A stretch of DNA of 55,155 bases from Chromera velia (taxonomy: Eukaryota), in NCBI GenBank assembly GCA_018398765.1, contig JAHBMJ010000156.1, positions 1 through 55,155 of the forward strand. The letters run 5' to 3'. This document shows positions 12,298 to 22,415 of the stretch, piece by piece; position 1 is the first letter of the stretch, and each line of letters begins with the position of its first letter. Made by a program: the position numbers and the translations under genes. A model generated the notes under the pieces. The model was not told the DNA's origin and ran no database searches. It was given only the letters and a program-made list of their open reading frames with translations.

Positions 12298-13551
12298 ATG
12301 GGGCTGCGGCGGTTGTCCGTTGTTTGCATCCTGTCAACCTGTGATTTGGAGACGGGCGGCGTGGGTGCCTTCCTGGTTGATTCTCCACACAACCTCTGCT
12401 CAAGGCGAGGCAGATGCAGTGAGCTGAGACGATCAAGGTTGAGAAAACCCCTAGACAGAGAGATGCCGTTACGTCTAGGGGGGGTTGGCCACGTGCGTCT
12501 CTCAGTGGGGGAAGGGGGGAGACGGGATAGCGAGGAGACGGCCGAATCGGAAGAACGGGATGGATCAGGAGGGGGGGACCTCGAGACGCCCCTGCCCTGG
12601 AGATTTCATCCGACTAGCACAGAGGAGGCAAAGACGTACAAACCGTTTGCGGAATGGCTTTGGAGTTTTTTGAATGACTCACTTGAGGGGGTGGAGAGAG
12701 TAGCACTCGATTCAGAATTAGAGACGAGAACAGGAAAGGGAGGGGTTCGAATTGCCAACGCGTGCGTTCGGAGTTCAGAATTTCGAAAAATTCGAATGAC
12801 ATTCATTGATGGAGGGGGGGGACTTCAAGTTTTTCATTCTCTGTTCTATCCTCATTGGGACCTTTCAGTTGATCCGTCGTTTGACGGAGCAGGAAGCGCA
12901 CTTGGGAAAGAAATAATAGACCAGAATCAGAATCCATCTGCCTCATTCTGTTGGCCAGCACCGCTTTTTGGCTTTGATTTGATAAAATTTTCCGAGAAGA
13001 GAGTTCTGGAAGTGATCGATGTCCACCCTCTGATTCCCACTGAGGAATATAGGGACCGAGTGGTGGATTCCCGATTTCGTTCTGTTCGGAATCGCTTTAC
13101 AGAAAGCTTCGGAGAGAGGCCCTCAGAAAGGTTTTATGACTCTCAGAGCTTTTTCTCTAAGCAGATGTTGATGGGAAGGTTCAACTCAACGTCCCACCAT
13201 GATGAAGCCCTGTGGCCTGCGTTCCAATCGTATGTGAAAGAGTACGTGAAACTGGTCAAGGACCTCCAAACCCACCGTGACACAGTGATCGCAGGCTGTA
13301 AGGAGGAAGTAGAGACGGCTCCGCCTGTACAGAGTCTCTCTCAAGAGAGGCAGCAGCTGCACGATACCTACTCTGCACAACATGACCCTGCCGTTCCTGT
13401 TTTCTCCTCTCTTTTCGGATCTGATTGGACGGAGGAGTTTCTTTTCTCCTTCAGATTTGACCTTGCAGACAGAACGGCTGTCTCTCTGAAGACAGACAAA
13501 AAGCAAGACAATGAGTCTTCTGCCAGCAGCAGGGGGGGGGACGAGCGCTGA
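12298..13551 (+). CDS. pebA: Ferredoxin-dependent bilin reductase, PebA-like (15,16-dihydrobiliverdin:ferredoxin oxidoreductase family), probably plastid-targeted
   Basis: Family motifs FRKIRMTFIDGG-GLQVFHSLFYP, PLFGFDLI, VIDVHPL, RFYDSQSFFSKQMLMGRF and DTYSAQHDPA-VFSSLFGSDWTEEFLFSF. Single exon; first ATG at 12298; N-terminal extension with GAF followed by an R/S-rich stretch. Confidence 0.85.
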   Translation: MGLRRLSVVCILSTCDLETGGVGAFLVDSPHNLCSRRGRCSELRRSRLRKPLDREMPLRLGGVGHVRLSVGEGGRRDSEETAESEERDGSGGGDLETPLPWRFHPTSTEEAKTYKPFAEWLWSFLNDSLEGVERVALDSELETRTGKGGVRIANACVRSSEFRKIRMTFIDGGGGLQVFHSLFYPHWDLSVDPSFDGAGSALGKEIIDQNQNPSASFCWPAPLFGFDLIKFSEKRVLEVIDVHPLIPTEEYRDRVVDSRFRSVRNRFTESFGERPSERFYDSQSFFSKQMLMGRFNSTSHHDEALWPAFQSYVKEYVKLVKDLQTHRDTVIAGCKEEVETAPPVQSLSQERQQLHDTYSAQHDPAVPVFSSLFGSDWTEEFLFSFRFDLADRTAVSLKTDKKQDNESSASSRGGDER

Positions 13552-14888
13552 ATGCGCGTCCTAATAGCACGCCACTGACGGCATTACGCATGGGACAGCC
13601 TATCCTAAGCCTTCTAGGACAGCCTATACGGGACAGCATGACTCATGAATTCCATAATATCAAAATGAATGTTCATCCACTTTCATAATATATAGTTTTA
13701 ACTGATTTTCGTCTTTGCACGCGTGTTTTTTCTTTCTTTCTTTTTACTACATGAATCGACACATCTAGCAATACATAAATGATAACTAATCCAGCAAGTT
13801 GCAGCAACTAATAGTATATTACTGTATGCATATAAGTGATTTAGTGGTGCCCTTAAGCACTGTCGCATATGATTGATTGATTGATTGATTGATAGCTTCC
13901 ACACAAGGCCTTCCCGCTATGTTCATCTGTTGTTAGAGCTAGAAGGGCGGATGATGATTGATTGCTTGCTTAATTAAATTGACTCATATTTGAAGCTCAT
14001 ATATTATTTACTAGTAGAAGTATTACCAGTAACATGATTATAGCTATGATTGTAGTAGCCATCGTTATGCACCAACATGCAATCATTATGATGTATATAT
14101 ATAGTCGATATGATATAGACCAGCATTTTGTATGATCGAATGACAAAGAGCAGTTCATGCATGCATGTATATCGTCTAGAAGCAGTATGAAGCAGACTCA
14201 AGCAGTGTAAGATTATTGGTTAATGATCACCGACAACTGTTAGTTAAGTTTAGTAACTTCACGGCATATGTGAAAGAATTGAAAGACTCAAAGATACTAA
14301 AGTATAGTAACTTTAGGGGGATATGCATAGACAGACATGGACCCCAAACTTATACTGCGTTTAATATCTCTACTATAGTAGCGTAATCCGTGTAACTCTC
14401 TTGGTAACTCTTAAGGGGGAAACTGTATTTAAGATCCGTTCCTAACAGTGCTAACATGTGTGCCTCACTTTTAATCTTCCATCCGTTTAGCCATCCGTTT
14501 ATGCAACAGTGCAACACCCCTTGTTATTGCACCATGCTAATAAAGTTCTATTCAATCGATCAGTCTTTTACGGTTCAATCGTCCATGAGGATGTAACTCT
14601 TATTAAGGTCTACTTAGAGGGGTTGGCGCTCATGAGTGCTTGCAAGGGTTTAAAACTCCTGAGGGGTTGATGGCGCTGAGGTAGTTCAAGTCGATCCCTA
14701 GTGACAGACTCGATCTGTCTCAGAAGCATGGAGATTTCTTGCGATTCGGCGATCGTTCTGATTTCATTATAGTCTTCCAGAAAGTCTTCCAGAAGTCTTT
14801 CATCGGATTTCGATCGAATTGCAACAGGCCAACATCTGTATGATATGGGACGTTAACGTTCTACATCTTCTTTCTTTGATATTTAAAA

Positions 14889-14960
14889 GAGGGATAGCGA
14901 GGATTGAACCCATGACCCTCTGCTTGTTAGTACTGTATGCTAACCACTAAGTCATGAAAG
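14889..14960 (-). pseudogene. Degenerate tRNA-like sequence (Val-AAC-like; pseudo-tRNA or SINE head)
   Basis: Minus strand reads CTTTCA-TGACTTAGTGG (A box)-TTAGCATACAGTACT-AAC-AAGCAGAGGGTCATG-GGTTCAATCC (B box). Stems are badly disrupted. Confidence 0.55.
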
Positions 14961-15227
14961 CTAGGCGTGATCCCAATATATTTATTTACATTAAAATTAC
15001 GATGATTTCACTTTAAGTAAATAATTTAAAATATTAAAAATTTCTAGAAAAATTTAAAACACTTAAAGAAGAAAAGTTAAAACTAGAACAAAAAGAAAAC
15101 ATCACTTTTCTAGCATTCTTTGCAAGGTAGTTTTAAAGTGTTTAAAAGGAAAATTTTAAAGTTTATAGTTAAAGTGGGGGTATCATCACTTTATTTAAAA
15201 ATTTAAAACTATTGGAATCACGCCTAG
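14961..15227. mobile_element. 267-bp MITE with 8-bp TSD (hAT-like)
   Basis: 18-bp TIR CTAGGCGTGATCCCAATA / TATTGGAATCACGCCTAG (1 mismatch). Perfect TSD CATGAAAG at 14953-14960 and 15228-15235. Confidence 0.9.
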
Positions 15228-15647
15228 CATGAAAGCAAACGACGCACACGACCTTCTTTTGCTTACTACTATTTTGAACTAAAAGTGATTTATTTAATTT
15301 CTATCTTCTTTATTCTTCTTTCTAGCTTTGCTTAAGTAGCACATAGCACTCTTAAAGTCTAAGTGTATCCAAGTATACTGATTTCAAGTTCAATTTTCAA
15401 ACAACTAATTGCAGATCGACTCTTTTTTTTTTTGAATTAATGCTGCCCCTAGCTGTTTCTATAGAACTAGCTCTAGATCGAGCTGCCTAAGATACTGCCT
15501 AACGTATAAAGTACTTGTTTTTTAGATTTTTTTTGTATTCATTGGCATTTTTAAAAAATTAAGACCGATTACTAGACCGATTATGAATAGCGATGTTCAA
15601 TGTCATTACAACTAGCACTCTAGCTAGCACTACAAGAGCCCGAATTC

Positions 15648-17099
15648 TTAGTCCTCTCCTTGCCCTGCATCCTCCTCTTCTTCGACTTCCTGTTGTTCCT
15701 GTGCAGGGGCTAATCCCCGAAGAAACGCGAGCATGGGCGAATCTGCAGGCTGGTCATCCTCGGCAAAGTCAAGGGCCGTATCCCCCTCCTCGTTCAGAGC
15801 ACCCACATCAATCCCTCTAGAAACGAGAAGCTCTACAATATGGAGCTTCTTCTCAAACAAACCACGCCCAGTCTCTTCTGAATCCTCATTTGCCAAAAGT
15901 GCAACACAGTGCAGAGCGGAAAATCCCACATTATCTGTTGCATGGATGTCGGCACCATTTGCCAACAAGGCCTCCAGGACACCCAACGCGCCGTTCCGAG
16001 CTGCAACATGCAGGACTGTTTGACCGTATACATCCCGTGCGTCAATCTCGGCTCCACGAGAAATCAGGAGCTCTGCAATCTCTCTGTGATCTCTCGGGAT
16101 GTAATTGAAAGGAAAGGCAGTATAGAAGAGAGGGCTTTCCTGGAATTCTGTTCTCTCATTTACCATTGCACCATGGTCCAGAAGCAGCTCAACCATATCC
16201 ATGTTCCCGTTTTTGATGGCAGCAAAGATGGAAGTCTGTCTGTCGTCTGTCGTCTTTGCGTGCACGTCAACACTCCGCTTGAGCAAAATTCTGACAAGAC
16301 CAGTCAGACCCGCTTGGGCGGCATAATAAAGAGGCGTCACTCCGATGTCAGTGGCTGCCTCCAATTCTGTACCGCTGCACACTAGGAACTCGGCAATTGC
16401 CGGTTTGCCTTCCCGGCAGGCGATGTGGATGGCCCTCTTTCCTCCCTCCTTCCCTTCACCCTCCCGACGGACCTCAAGTCCAGCCCCTCTCTCCACGAGG
16501 ACCTTCACCGCCTCCAAACTCCCAAAATCAACTGCTCTCATCAACGCGGTCTCTTGAAGCGTCTGCTATCCCCCCCCTCCCCCCTCGACTTCACCACTCA
16601 CCGCTGCAGCAGCTTGTGGAACCTCAACGACGGTGTCCACTTCCGCGCCAACCTTCAGGAGGAGCTCAAGGTCTTCTCTCTTCTCCCTCTCCCCCGTCTC
16701 CATGAATGCGTTGAAGGCCTCACGCAGCACTTCAGCCGATACTACTTGGAAGGAACGAATCACATTGCCGATATCAAGGGCAAAGAGGGGCTCTAAGTCT
16801 ATTCGGTAATACAGACTCAAAATGGTGTTCAGCTCACCCCTCACCCCCAACCTCATCTTTCCCACTATTTTTTCGAGTCTGTCAAGGGCGGCAGCCTCTG
16901 GAGGAAGCAGCGCAGAGGATGTGTCCTCTTGCAGGGGTTCGGGAGGGGCGGCATCTTCTGCGGGCTTGTCAGGAAATTTGACAGTTTCCAGCAGAGAGTC
17001 TATACTCTGAATCATCTCCACAACCTCCAGCAGGCTTTCAGTGAGGGACTGGAGCCCTTGGCAAACAGGGGCGAGAGTAGCTCTTGTTCGTTCCATCAT
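15648..17099 (-). pseudogene. Ankyrin-repeat protein gene interrupted by one in-frame TAG (16566-16568)
   Basis: ATG at 17099. ORFs 16566-17210 and 15648-16544 are in the same frame (GGGGG*QTLQETALMRAV). Several ankyrin repeats follow: TPLYYAAQAG, TSIFAAIKNG, TVLHVAARNG, GDTALDFA. Confidence 0.8.
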
Positions 17100-17814
17100 G
17101 ATGCACAAAGACCAGAAGAAAGAAAGAAAGACCGTGGCAGCCAGGGTATTCCGTGTGTAGACGGAGGCAAAGTGATGTGTGATTGTACTATACGTACCAC
17201 AACGGAACACGCGGCCTGCAGTGCGTCAATGCCACTCACTGAATGAAGGGCTAGGAATGGTGGGGATTAACAGTTTCCTTAAATTCGAAGACTTTCGAAG
17301 TTATACCGCGTCTGACAGAGTGATCCATGAGTAATCGAATTGATGGCGTCTCCTTTAAATTTGTATGCAGCGTTTTTCGCGGGGTCGTTCGCATGCACCT
17401 CAATGCTCGTATACGTGCCCCCCAAACTCCTTGTGAGCCTGACCGAGCCAATCCCGCAGAACGCGGCAGAAGCGGAATCTTAGCGGATCAGTCTGGCAGC
17501 TCTTCTCTGCTGACTCTCTGGAGTGATCTCACTGTGAGTCACTGATCTCTTAGTAATGGCCAGTGAGTGAATCTGCTTCTACCAACGGGTTTGCTTTTTT
17601 TTGTTGTGTTTGATTTTGATCTTTCTTCATCTTTCTTAGAGCACTTTCAGTTGATTCCCCATAAAAATAAAAATTCTGTCACGCATGGGTAGTTCTACCC
17701 TATTCTACCCCCTATCGCTCTATATCGCTCTCTCTAGTCTTTAAAACAGACAAAAGATGACTCCATTCAGACTGTATGCTACACAATTGATTCCCAGTTA
17801 TGCAGTATGAATGC

Positions 17815-18080
17815 ATGCACGTAACCTCCCTGAACCTAAGTGTCACTTGAAAAAATATAATTAGGATAATCTCTATCTGCAGCCACATCGTTTTTGAAGA
17901 GACCATCCATGCCTGCGATGTAGACGGTCAAGACACCGTCCAGATATGCGGCTTTAGCTTTTAAAACACCGTAAATAATCTACGTCTGCAGCGCGGACTT
18001 TTAAGCTTATCCAAAAATGCGGCTTAAACTTTCAAGACTAGAAATTCAAGTGATAGTTAAGTTTAGGGAGGTCACGCACA
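17815..18080. mobile_element. Degenerate TIR element
   Basis: CGTAACCTCCCTGAACCTAAGTGTCACTTGAA (17820-17851) matches the reverse complement of 18045-18076, CGTGACCTCCCTAAACTTAACTATCACTTGAA. Outer limits uncertain; no TSD identified. Confidence 0.6.
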
Positions 18081-18320
18081 TTATACACGCATACTTCATT
18101 TTATCATAATTTGACTTAAAATCAATTTGCTATAAACCATTTGACTAAACTTACATATCATCAATTCTAATTAATTTTTATTAATTATATGAAAATTTTG
18201 ATATGAAGTGTGTCAGCTTTGTACGGGGCTCTAGAGCATAACGGGGTTCTTAAGGATTCTTAAGGAAAGAAGTCTAACAAGCAGACTAGTTTGTCAATGT
18301 CTTGCTATTTAATGTCAGTC

Positions 18321-18675
18321 TGCTGATACCAAACGATCTTGACACATAATTCAGACCAATTGTTGTACACGCGCGCTCTCTTTGATCACTGGCACAATTG
18401 AGTCTGTTGCGCGCGTCCCGTCATGCTTGCCGCTGCCACGCCTCTTCACGGCGTGCCTAAACGTAAGGCTCACATCTGCCTGCCAGCCAAAGCCGACGTC
18501 CATGCTGATACTAAACGACCTCGACACATAATTCAGACCAATTGCTGTGCGCGCGCGCTCTCTTTGATCACTGGCACAATTCAGTCTGTCGCGCGCGTCC
18601 CACCATGCTGACCGCCGCCACGCCTCTTCGCGGCGCGTCTATTATTTAATATTATTAGTAAGCGCAAGGCTCACA
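18321..18675. repeat. Two-copy tandem duplication, period 182 bp
   Basis: 18321-18475 aligns to 18503-18675, mostly with transition differences and an AT-rich insertion of about 20 nt in copy 2. Confidence 0.9.
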
Positions 18676-20510
18676 AAACGTCATGACGCTCAATGATACC
18701 CAATTGGAGGAGAAGCTAGGAGGGGTTGCAAACGCTTGTTAATTAAATCTAATGTTAAATGGTAATGTCAAATTCACTGCAGGTCAAATCTGTTTAGTTA
18801 GTTTACTTACTAGTTAGTTAATTCTCTATCATACCACCTAGCATACCACTCTATGAGGTTATAGACTATACTAAGTAACTAGTACTAAAGACCATGCTTA
18901 AGACACTTGTAAGTTACTACTAAGCAAAAAATAAGGCATAAAAACAGAGTCATGCAATCGACCTGGCACCAATTTTGTTTTTTGAGGTGCTTCCGGTTCT
19001 TTTACGGCTAGTTTTACAGTATTTAATTTTGATACTCGTAGAATTAGGATTTAATATAAATTATAACAAGTAGAATATCAGTAAACTATCACAATAACTA
19101 ATATATCGTTCAAGTTTTATCATATACACAGTCCGATCGAGTCACCTACAAAACAAAGATACGTTTAGCATTTGTGAAAAGAGATTAATATAGAGATTAA
19201 TCAAAAATATATGTACATCGTGCACCAATTATTAGTCATGTAAATTTCATTTTAAAAGCACAATTATAGGTTGTTCTCTCAGAACTTTTCTGTGACACAC
19301 AGCGTCGCTGCGACTTTCAGCGATTGAGCGAGCGCGCCAACGAACGTCAAAACAGTGAGGACACAATGATCGTTCGATCAAAGCAACCGTGACGAGTGCA
19401 CTTCAAAGTAGGCAGGTCAGCGATCATTGGGCCTTGTAGCTAGGCCCCAGCCACTGCACAGCAAGCTCGGTCGATTGATCGAGAGCAGTGAAGTGTCAGA
19501 CAGACACACAGGCATACATGAATGGATCACTCCACGCACAATTAACGAACGGACCAACGAACGAATACGAACGAACATCGCCATCAAGTTGACTGTCTGT
19601 CAGTCGGTGACTGCGGAGGCAGTCCTCGACTCGACCGTCTTTTGCCTCTTGACTGGTGGTACTTACACACAGCTAAGAACACACCACATGCACGAAAGAG
19701 GCGGACAAACGTTTGAGTCAGCCGGAGCCTCTTGCGGGTCTCCTTTACAGAATGAAGACACACGCAGAGTAGGTCGGATACAAGCAAAGACGCAGAAGAG
19801 AAAAGGGGAGGTAGAGGAGGGCAGGATGGATGCATCGATCCCCTGTGAGTAGTGGCATGCGGTGGAAATGGTTCCATTTTCAAAAAACCGTTTTTTTTTC
19901 TGCTTCTTTCTTTCTTCAGGCAAAACTGTGTTTCGTCAGGACCACAGCAGGTGCACGGAATCGATGCGTTCTTCTTCGAACGAAGCGCTGCATCTATCCT
20001 TCAATTCCAACCGCACACTTCCACCCCTTTTCCTCTTTTTGTCTGCACTGTTTTTTCGTCAAGACCAGCGAGTCACACACACACACACACATGCTCATAC
20101 TCTGCAAAACCGCCGCGCAGACACACAACACAACACAGAAATTGCGCAAGCATCACACCCTTGATCGAGTCTCTCTCTTTCTGACAAGAAATGGACAGAC
20201 GGAGAGAAAGTAGATGGCCAAACGAGTCTTCTTGGGCATACAGAGAGACGGGCAAACGCACGCCCAGGCAGGAGAAATGACAGACTGATGCGCGCACACA
20301 CATTTCCTTCTTTCTTGTTTCTTTCCGCCGTGGTCTGAACAAGGATGCACACAGAAGCCAGTCAGGAAAGAAAAGAAAGGAAGAAAGAAAGAACACAAGG
20401 ATTGAAACGGATAGGCGAGGATGGGAGCAAAGAAAGAGAGACAGATCTGAAGCTGCTGGACTGACCAGAGTCCTTCCAAACACGCTAGACAGACAGAGTG
20501 AGCGATGATG

Positions 20511-20511
<1 letters not shown>

Positions 20512-20546
<35 letters not shown>
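20512..20546. repeat. (CA)n microsatellite
   Basis: Directly visible. Confidence 0.9.
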
Positions 20547-20549
<3 letters not shown>

Positions 20550-22415
20550 AAAGCGAAATACAGGCTCCTTCCCCTCTCCCGAATGAAGACAAAAAGAAAA
20601 AAATGGATCGATCGATAAAGGCTGCAAACACGACTTTTCCTTGTTTTTGCGATCGAATCAATCCAAAAAGGGAGGAAAGGAGGCCAGGAAAGCCAGCGAA
20701 AGCCTAAGTTGAGAAAGAAGCAGCCGAACGCACTCAAACGAAAGAAAAGGAGAAACACCAGGCAGGAAACAGACCTCCTTCCTTGATCAAAAGGCGTCAG
20801 TTTGACCCCCCTTGACCAAGAGGTGCGCATGCATGGTCTGTTCCTTCCTTCCGTCTGCGGAAACTCCTTTTCGACTTCTCTCGTCTCATCCGTTTTTTCA
20901 TTTCATTTTCAGTCCACACCGCATCGTGTAGATACAGCGTTGCGATGCCTGGGGTTTTCTGCATAGTCATGCATAGGTCGAAGACGAGAGAAGAAAGACG
21001 GCTGAAATATCGCCAAGACAACTGTTGAAGAAACGGATGATTATGACAGATTTTTCGATTGCAGTGATCATTTTGTTTTCTTTCTTTCTCTTTCGCCCCT
21101 CTTTTTTCCGTCACTGACAGGCTCCTCCGTTTTCTTCCTTGGGCTTTTTCTGAGCTGCTTCTCTTTTTTTTCACCATTCGTGTTGTCTTTCTATGGCTCT
21201 TTGGCGGAAGCGTGCTTAGCTCAAAAAGTCAGTTGTTCGTGTCTTTGACACGGAAGAAAATCAGACTTGAATTTCATCTGGGGCATGTTTTCTTCATTTT
21301 ACGTTTTTTTTACACAGTCCGTCAGTCGACGCATTTCAGTTTTGCATGCATGCTCTATGTTGTCTCTTGCAGATGCAAGCAAGTGGGGCAGTCGTGGGAG
21401 TGGAATGGAGTGGAGATCTTCAACCAGACATGACCGCCGAAGTTTTGCGTTTTTCTTTGTGTTTTTTCTCTCTCTTGACTTCTTGTGCCTGCTTATGATA
21501 CCCTCACACAGATTGAATGATTCAGCCAAAGATGGCGCAGCATCTCCAGCATAGAGATTCTTTCTTCTCTATTTGTTTTCTTCCAAGAAGGAACGAACGA
21601 ACGAACGAACGAATACTGTCATTCAAGACAAGGCCGCCAGGATGGGAAGTTCGATCGCGAAAGGGGACGTGAAGAAAAGAAAAGAGATGAAGGTCAGGTC
21701 TCTTCTTGTTTTATGATTTCGATTTGCGCATCTTCTCTTCTTTTCTCTTGTCCTTCTTTGCGTCGTCTGCAGGCCTCTGTTCCTTCCTTCCTTTCTTCCT
21801 GCTGTTGCTCTTGCTTCATTCTCTTGTAAGTCTTCATCAACAAGCATGAGAGAGAAGAAGTCGGTTGACGGTGAGAGGACATGCATGCATCTAGAGAGGG
21901 CCTTGTCAGACAGTCGATTGTCACTTGGTCGTTTTGCGTGGGTGAGCAATCGAGCGAAAGAAACAAACAAAGAAAAAGAAAAAGAAAAAGAACAACAACA
22001 AAAAAACTCGTGAGTGAAAAGGAGAGGTAGAAAAGAAAGGGTAAAGCTGAGATGACGCAGCAACGAGGGGGGTAGAGAAGAACTAAGAGAAAGAGAAGAA
22101 GAACGAGAAGACGTAAAGTCGAAAAAACTTCAGCGCTAAGGGACACTGGGACGAAAGCATCAGTGAGTTGAGAGGATGGATGGTTTGACAGGTGTGTTCT
22201 CTGACACACCAGTACATCTGGATTCAATGTGTACACCTCTCGCTCCCCCCGGTGAATAATTCACTTTCTTGTATAGACGAAACAGAAGTTGAAGACGTTA
22301 TTTGTTTTCTTTTTCTACCACTTTCACACTTTGCTCAAGCCACTTACTTGCCAGGATTACTTGACCGGATTGCACTTCCTTTTTCCTTCCCGCCATCTAC
22401 CAGCAGGTAACTCTG

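Noticed and set aside
19427..22400. Numerous short ORFs
   Set aside because: Low-complexity purine/pyrimidine tracts typical of UTR or intron sequence; no coherent gene model.
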